64,000 nucleotides of DNA from IMG/VR virus record IMGVR_UViG_3300021387_000106, positions 1-64,000 of that record; one strand, written 5' to 3'. Below are positions 57,825 to 64,000 of this stretch, in pieces. The stretch is from a virus (lineage: Duplodnaviria > Caudoviricetes). A program made the position numbers and the translations under genes. Below the pieces are notes generated by a model. The model made no database searches. It was not told where the DNA came from and saw only the letters and a list, made by a program, of their open reading frames with translations. Every line of letters starts with the position of its first letter. Position 1 is the first letter of the stretch.

Positions 57825-59090
57825 TTAGAACTCTGATGATTGAGCGTGAATCTTAACAGGACGTTGTACCTTGTTGCCGTTCGCATCCGTCAGAATCACG
57901 TCCTGATAGCGGAGTGAGCAATAAGTCTGACCTGATGTAGAAGGAACACCAGGCAAATCGCTGATTGTCTCTCCAGTATTGGCATCGTCAGCATTGAACG
58001 TCCAAGTAACGTTTGCGGCACTACTGCCTTCGGGGAACGTGTCTCCCTTATCGGTGTAAAGTTTCGGGAAGATGTACTTCGTCTGTCCTGTCCTCATACG
58101 GAAATGAGGTTCAAGACCAGTCAGTTCAGTACCGCCAGTACCAGCGACATTATCACAGATAAGCCACTTTACAGCGTAAGGGTCTGACAAGTCATAAACG
58201 GCAGAAGTACCACTTGCGAGTTCATTGCCTGATGCGTCATAAACACGGCAACGAATCGTCATAAGACAATCTACTGCCTCAGGCCCGATTGTAATCAAGT
58301 CGCCTGCTACTGCACTCTGACCTATCGTAATACCAGGAGTACCGCCAGTTGCGCTATGGTCTTTCAGTTCAACTTCCGTCGGGCCTGTAATGTCGAAGAA
58401 CTTGAATACTACACCAGTCAGTTCAGACGTATTGACTGCAACACCATTGTAGTAGAGTCGAGCCAAACGCTGAGTTGACTGAATAGAATTGTTGTTGTTC
58501 GTCATTATGAACTTTGGAACATTCAACGGAACGTGAAGTTCAACTGAATATCCTGCATTTGCATCAGCAATAGGACGGATTGCAATATCCTTACCGATTT
58601 CAGAGAAACTAATTTGACCGCCACTGCTAACAACAGTACCATCAAAGGAAATGCGGTCATCATCAGGATTCAGAACAGCATCGGCAGGATTGCCAATGAA
58701 CATAATACAAGGAATATCAGTGCCACCATAGCTATATGTGGTACGCATCAACAAACCTTCAACACCGCCCTGACTCGTAGAAATACCAGTCTCGCCATCG
58801 AAACCAACAACAGCATCGTTATAGCGAACGGCAGTAATGTTGAGAGTGTTGGTAATATCCTGACCGCTACTTGTATCATAAGCACGGATGATGATTCGAG
58901 GTAGCGTAGCTTTCTCTTCTGCTGTACCATGCTGCCAAATGTTAGCCCAATCTGGAGTACATTTCGCTTCATCGTAATACTGAGTAAGCGATACTGGATT
59001 ACCACTGGCATCAACAACAGCAATGTCATAAACAACGGTAGTTCCGTCGATAACGCCTGACAATACCAGGCCTGCATTAACTCTATTCAT
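57825..59090 (-). CDS. Tail/structural protein
   Basis: 421 aa, beta-rich; LTQYY....PDW motif. Confidence 0.65.
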   Translation of the reverse strand: MNRVNAGLVLSGVIDGTTVVYDIAVVDASGNPVSLTQYYDEAKCTPDWANIWQHGTAEEKATLPRIIIRAYDTSSGQDITNTLNITAVRYNDAVVGFDGETGISTSQGGVEGLLMRTTYSYGGTDIPCIMFIGNPADAVLNPDDDRISFDGTVVSSGGQISFSEIGKDIAIRPIADANAGYSVELHVPLNVPKFIMTNNNNSIQSTQRLARLYYNGVAVNTSELTGVVFKFFDITGPTEVELKDHSATGGTPGITIGQSAVAGDLITIGPEAVDCLMTIRCRVYDASGNELASGTSAVYDLSDPYAVKWLICDNVAGTGGTELTGLEPHFRMRTGQTKYIFPKLYTDKGDTFPEGSSAANVTWTFNADDANTGETISDLPGVPSTSGQTYCSLRYQDVILTDANGNKVQRPVKIHAQSSEF

Positions 59091-59091
59091 A

Positions 59092-59277
59092 CTACTTTAC
59101 TCCTTTCGTGACTTTTGAGCGAAGTTCATTAAGAACTGCTGAGTTTGGTACTAAGGTAACTCCTTCAAGGGCTCCCATCGTTCTTGCCTCACGTCCGCTA
59201 ACGATAGCACGACCATCAGGCATTGTCTCATAATGTCGGTCTTTGGGTAATCGTGACCTTTCAATCAGTATATACAT
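59092..59277 (-). CDS. Small tail-region protein
   Basis: 61-aa ORF between tail genes. Confidence 0.55.
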   Translation of the reverse strand: MYILIERSRLPKDRHYETMPDGRAIVSGREARTMGALEGVTLVPNSAVLNELRSKVTKGVK

Positions 59278-59295
59278 ATCTCTTAATTTTTAGTT

Positions 59296-60615
59296 TTAAT
59301 TGAATGTGGGTGCAATGACAAACTGATTATCCTCAACAACCTTTTCGCCACCATGAACTACCACAGAACAGCCGTTGTAAGTGGAAACATCAGCAAACAC
59401 AGAGTAACCTTCCGGGAAGGAGAAACCTTTATCTTTCGGGATAAAGGAGAGATTGGGTGCAGTACCCATACTATAAATAGTGCCAGTTTTCAAGTCCTGA
59501 GCTTTCCAATGAACACGGAACAGACAAAGTTTGTTCTGAGGAACTGGCTTGCTGTTATACATGATATTCATTTCAAAGGATGCAGGAATACTCATTTCAG
59601 TATCTTGCTTTGCACCAGTCAATTGTACGGGGTCTGCCTGCAACGTGTCATTCAGAGACATTGTAAGCTGTGTGGCATAGAATGGATTGATTTCCGATAA
59701 AGGACTCTTCCATTCGTCAGTTTCTTCTTTCCAACAGCCATAACAGCGAACACGGAACTTCGTATGAATCATACGAGCGTCGAGTGTCAATATCTTTGTC
59801 TTAACACCAGTAAGGCGATATGTCTCTATTTCTTCATCGGTAAATGGTCGCCAACCAGTAACGGCTGTGCTATCCTCAGTAACCCACAAGTAACTTGCAT
59901 TGGCATCGGCAACGTTTCCGTCAACACCAACCAACTGCGCCTTGATTGTGCGAGTCCAAGGAATATCAAGAATGGTGCTTCCTGATGGGATAGTGTCAGT
60001 GAATGACAATGGATCAAGCAATACTTCATCACCACTATCACCTTTCATGACTGTCATTTCGGTATTGTAAACCTCAGTGCTAAAGTCAATACTACGCTCT
60101 ACTCTAACCGTCAGTCCAGTGCGTACATCTGTAAATTTCAATACGGCATAGATGGGAATAGCAGTAAGCTGTGGCACATTCCGATGTACTATCAAGCACA
60201 TATCGGGTACATTGTCACACCAAGGCGCATCACTTCCATCACTAATCAGATAATTCTCAGAACGCCATGCGGCTTCATGTGTCAACTCTCCAGTCTCAGG
60301 GTCGTAAATATCAACATCGTCGAGTATTTCCTGAGAGGGATTAACAATACGTCCAGTCTGATAGTCGCCATCTATCGGCATTTGCGTGTACCACTCAATA
60401 CCAGTAAGGGTAGCCCACCCATTCATTAAGTTGGCAGGGTCGTTTACGAATACCTTACCACCGAGAATACAAGGAACCCACTTTCTATCGTCCTCGTAGG
60501 TTTTCTCAGTAGTATAGTACATTTGTCGTACACTGCCACCAAGAACGGCAATCTCCGCACTTAAAGAAAGCGCGTCGAAAACTTGGTCGTTGGTATTTGT
60601 TCTACTTTTTATCAT
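59296..60615 (-). CDS. Tail/structural protein
   Basis: 439 aa; Q.Y.....Y..DR motif seen in Bacteroidetes phage tail genes. Confidence 0.65.
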   Translation of the reverse strand: MIKSRTNTNDQVFDALSLSAEIAVLGGSVRQMYYTTEKTYEDDRKWVPCILGGKVFVNDPANLMNGWATLTGIEWYTQMPIDGDYQTGRIVNPSQEILDDVDIYDPETGELTHEAAWRSENYLISDGSDAPWCDNVPDMCLIVHRNVPQLTAIPIYAVLKFTDVRTGLTVRVERSIDFSTEVYNTEMTVMKGDSGDEVLLDPLSFTDTIPSGSTILDIPWTRTIKAQLVGVDGNVADANASYLWVTEDSTAVTGWRPFTDEEIETYRLTGVKTKILTLDARMIHTKFRVRCYGCWKEETDEWKSPLSEINPFYATQLTMSLNDTLQADPVQLTGAKQDTEMSIPASFEMNIMYNSKPVPQNKLCLFRVHWKAQDLKTGTIYSMGTAPNLSFIPKDKGFSFPEGYSVFADVSTYNGCSVVVHGGEKVVEDNQFVIAPTFN

Positions 60616-60627
60616 ATCTTGTCAATT

Positions 60628-63600
60628 TTAGAATACATAATCGGCGGGCATCGTTACTACTTGCCCCTCGTAACTGAATGATACGGTGCAACTGATAAGG
60701 ACTTTTCGGTATGTTATCATCCATCCGCTACCCATATCGCTGCGTACAACCTTAATCTTGTTAGTTCCAACGATTGTAGGAGTCCACGACAAATCTTCAC
60801 TCTGCTGCACAAACTCTTCTGTTACGCTATTATAGCCAGTAGAACGTTTCCATGCAATAGAGTAGTCAACGGCAGTTAATATCTGGTCTGTGATTTCCTC
60901 GTCACCAAACCATATACGCATAGTCAGAACAGTATCAATATTGCCGTTACTGAATGTGCGTCCGTTACTTGTCGTAATCTCACCTTTGTAAATAGCATCA
61001 CCACCAATAGCCTGCCAGTGAGTGCATCCCCAATGTGGCTCTTGTGTAGTTCCGTCGACAAGGCATTCCCATAAAATGCCATAGTTCCAACCCCTGCTTA
61101 TCTCTAAGTCAACTTTCAAGACTTTCATCATCTGCTCATGCAGTTGCTCGTCAGAAAGTGATGCAAATGCAGGATTATTGCGGTACAGCCTCCACATCGC
61201 CATTGTATAAGTCTTGAAATGATAGGGGTCGAAAATTTGGCTACCATTATAATCAATGGTTGGCTGTGGAATAGAGCTATCTGGGGCTACCCACTGACCT
61301 CTATCCTCTTTGATGATTTTCGCAGGATAGTTGGCAGCGTGTTGGTTGTCATAGAAAATGGTATTGACATACAACGACGGCAATTCCACATTCCAAAGCG
61401 GGTTGCCCTGTTGGTCATGCGGAAGGTTTGCCAAGTCAGGAAGAATACCAAGACAAAGAGCATAGTTGTTATCCTCAATGATTGGCTTGTCAACATTCCA
61501 AAAGAAGCTCAGTCGCTTATCGGTTGTAGAGAGAACCCATGACTGCTGCCTACCTAACTGGATTTTCTTTACAGAATCGCTATAAGAAGTCGGGTCGTCG
61601 CCGTTCTCCAGTCCGTCAGCAATATTACCACGTCTCGTAAGCGTGATGATTTTCTCGTAACCATCAGGATAGTTGGTATAATCTTCAAGCAATGCCTCTG
61701 TGTAGTCATCCGTAATCTCAGTACCAAGGAATGTGAAGTTTTTGGCTCCTGGCACTTCGGGGTCGCCATTGGGCTTCACACCATTGTAAGGTACAACCTT
61801 CATCGTGTTATTCGTGAGGTCAACACTTACAACTCTGACATAGCAAGTATAGTATGTTCCGTGGTCGAGTAAGTCATTTATCTTAGCGTAGAGAATATCA
61901 CCCGGATAGAAAGGAGTATGGTCGTTATCGTGGTCTTTGTGCATTGTAAGAACCATACGCTGACCATTATCAGAGAAATCTACCCTCTCTGTTGTATCGC
62001 CCTCAGTAAACGAATAGTCTGACTCCATCAACTGCAAGCGGTTGATGATAAGTTCCATGATTCTCAAAAATCCTCTGAACTCGCCTCCGTCTGCTTCGAT
62101 AACGCCTGATTTGGCATCCATCCAAATGCCATTACCATCAATAAAGCCTTGACGCGCATCCTTAGACTTTGCGATTCTGTCAAAGATAATATCAAGGAAT
62201 GTGGAATTGCCATCTGCGGTAATGCCATAACGCTCGCCACCGCCAACAAGAATACCATTCAAGAAGGTAATCAGTCCTGCTGCAACGTCATCAGTCAGTT
62301 TCGACAAGAAATATTCCTGTCCGTAACGCTTGATGAAAGCATTAATCTGAGATGCGCTGTAACCGCCACCGCCATTATATACATAGGAAGAAAGGCTGTT
62401 TACTTGCTGCTGAACACGCTGCAACGAACCAACTTGTTTGTCATTTCTCAGAACAACTTCATAAGTAGGTACTCCGTTATTGCCATTCTCCTTGATAGTA
62501 ATATTGTCGATGAATACGCTTCCTTCAACGTCCAAGTCCTCGTCATTGAACAGCATGAGCATACCAGCCTTTAGCGTATCATGCAGACTGATAGTAGTTA
62601 AAGGATTCTGTTGCGCCCTCTCATGCTGACGTGCCATGAATATTTCATCTATCTTTGGAAGATAGGTAAAGCGAGTATAGTTATTGTTGAGAAGCCAGTA
62701 AATAGACTTACGCAACATCTTCACGCTTGCAGCCCATATATAGCTGCTATCGGATATATCAATATCCAAAAGCACAAAGTGGTCGCCAACACGAATCTGA
62801 TATGCTTCATCGGCTCTTGCAGCCTCACCAATTGCTGCGTGAGAGGAATAAGGAAACCAAAGGTCAAGTGCATCATCGTGATAACGATCCAAAGTCAGAA
62901 TCCAACCATTGTTGCCATCCTTCACGATGTTCTTTACTTCGAAATCCCTTGCACCGCAATAGCCATCCTTCATAGAGATAGTAAGGCTACCAGTGTTTTC
63001 AACAGCCTCTTCAAGGTCGAAGCCAATATCTTTGAGTTTGATTTTAAACGGCTCAATTTCTGCTTCTGGCTCAAAAACACCATTATCTTGAATGACATCA
63101 GCAGAACGGATTTCATCAAGACGTTCAGTAGATGAAGTGCCGAACACGTCACCAACTGTCAAACCTTCAATGCTTGGGTAAACCTCTTGCAGTCCATTAT
63201 CGTCATTTTCCTCGTTGAACTGGATATTACCCTCTTTGATTCCTATTTCGTCCGCATTGCCACTTGTAATATAAGGACGCAAACGTTCATTAGAGAAACG
63301 AAGGATATGCTCACCCTCAATGTTCATAAGAGGCTCACCCCATGCAGTTTCAGGATTCTTCCTCACATAGACATGAGTGATACCATCAACAATTTCAGTC
63401 TTACACAACTCACTGAGTGCATATCTTGGGAAACCAGGGAGCATAAGGGTATTGACCGCCATATTGTTAGGCATACCATATTCGGCATAGTCTATATGGT
63501 TTGTAGGCCAATAATTCTTATCTATACCACTCTTGATGATAACCTTATCGCCAACCTTGATAGCTGCAACGAAGCCGTTCATCTGTTCAGGGCTACGCTC

Positions 63601-63999
63601 GTCTCTGTCATCATGGTCTGGGTCTGAACATTCTGCATACAGACGACATCTATTATCTGAACTTGTATATTTGGTGACATAGCCTTTAATGGTATATCCG
63701 TTAGCTTCCATCGTAATGATGTAGTAAGGAGATTCATCATCACCTGGATAATCAGAAGAACGCTTTGTAAACAGAATAGCCGAAAAATCTATATCAAAGA
63801 GTAATTCAACTCCAATATAGCCACTAACAGAGTTGTACTTGTTCTTAATCTCTACAACGTTTAAGTAGAATTGCTTGTTCAAGTCGGCATAATAGCGGAT
63901 AGGCAAATTCTTGTCAGAACCATAAGCAAACAATCTCGTTACTACTTGTTGGTCTTGTTCTGCCTTACGCTCAATGGCATAAAGTCCTTTGTTCTTTCC
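60628..63999 (-). CDS. Tail spike/baseplate hub-like protein (5' end beyond the window)
   Basis: Frame open to the window edge (GKNKGLYAIER...VVTRLFAYGSDKNLP); VYPSIEG; FLSKLTDDVAAGLITF. Confidence 0.7.
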   Translation of the reverse strand, partial: GKNKGLYAIERKAEQDQQVVTRLFAYGSDKNLPIRYYADLNKQFYLNVVEIKNKYNSVSGYIGVELLFDIDFSAILFTKRSSDYPGDDESPYYIITMEANGYTIKGYVTKYTSSDNRCRLYAECSDPDHDDRDERSPEQMNGFVAAIKVGDKVIIKSGIDKNYWPTNHIDYAEYGMPNNMAVNTLMLPGFPRYALSELCKTEIVDGITHVYVRKNPETAWGEPLMNIEGEHILRFSNERLRPYITSGNADEIGIKEGNIQFNEENDDNGLQEVYPSIEGLTVGDVFGTSSTERLDEIRSADVIQDNGVFEPEAEIEPFKIKLKDIGFDLEEAVENTGSLTISMKDGYCGARDFEVKNIVKDGNNGWILTLDRYHDDALDLWFPYSSHAAIGEAARADEAYQIRVGDHFVLLDIDISDSSYIWAASVKMLRKSIYWLLNNNYTRFTYLPKIDEIFMARQHERAQQNPLTTISLHDTLKAGMLMLFNDEDLDVEGSVFIDNITIKENGNNGVPTYEVVLRNDKQVGSLQRVQQQVNSLSSYVYNGGGGYSASQINAFIKRYGQEYFLSKLTDDVAAGLITFLNGILVGGGERYGITADGNSTFLDIIFDRIAKSKDARQGFIDGNGIWMDAKSGVIEADGGEFRGFLRIMELIINRLQLMESDYSFTEGDTTERVDFSDNGQRMVLTMHKDHDNDHTPFYPGDILYAKINDLLDHGTYYTCYVRVVSVDLTNNTMKVVPYNGVKPNGDPEVPGAKNFTFLGTEITDDYTEALLEDYTNYPDGYEKIITLTRRGNIADGLENGDDPTSYSDSVKKIQLGRQQSWVLSTTDKRLSFFWNVDKPIIEDNNYALCLGILPDLANLPHDQQGNPLWNVELPSLYVNTIFYDNQHAANYPAKIIKEDRGQWVAPDSSIPQPTIDYNGSQIFDPYHFKTYTMAMWRLYRNNPAFASLSDEQLHEQMMKVLKVDLEISRGWNYGILWECLVDGTTQEPHWGCTHWQAIGGDAIYKGEITTSNGRTFSNGNIDTVLTMRIWFGDEEITDQILTAVDYSIAWKRSTGYNSVTEEFVQQSEDLSWTPTIVGTNKIKVVRSDMGSGWMITYRKVLISCTVSFSYEGQVVTMPADYVF

Positions 64000-64000
64000 G

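Larger units (their letters stand above)
1..64000. mobile_element. Temperate Bacteroidota phage (partial genome; phage genes on both sides of the integrase/att region)
   Basis: Integrase, repressor, antirepressor, primase-helicase, SSAP, RuvC, endolysin, holin-like and tail genes; Bacteroidetes TAnnTTTG promoters; no host operon seen. Confidence 0.93.

Noticed and set aside
1-64000. Stop-codon reassignment as the cause of the fragmented methyltransferase
   Set aside because: Long genes are intact under the standard code, and the MTase cassettes change reading frame rather than being separated by in-frame stops.

Overview
The whole window looks like part of a large temperate phage of a Bacteroidota host (Prevotella/Bacteroides-like): it has TAnnTTTG promoters, Bacteroidetes-type integrase, SSB and tail genes, and no host housekeeping block. 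Layout: rightward early genes (ddrB/ParB-like, FtsK, Xer-like recombinase, lipoprotein; 1-5.9 kb). A long leftward DNA-modification, replication and recombination operon with tRNA-Ser (6-29.6 kb). A repressor, putative attP and integrase (29.6-32 kb). Divergent accessory gene arrays including an acyl carrier protein (32.6-46 kb). Leftward lysis genes, a complete diversity-generating retroelement (DGR) and tail genes (46-64 kb). The most unusual element is a C5 cytosine methyltransferase split into an N-terminal catalytic ORF and a C-terminal ORF. Between them lie ten overlapping 47-64 aa mini-ORFs that resemble target-recognition domains (TRDs), joined at a recurring TATGA(G/A)AC junction, and one is interrupted at a C7 tract. 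Also notable: a mom-like gene lying antisense to its operon between inverted repeats (a candidate invertible switch), an 18-bp inverted repeat bracketing the DGR accessory gene, and a 502-codon stop-free alternate frame through the DGR template and RT gene. All family calls come from motif recognition by eye; no database searches were run.
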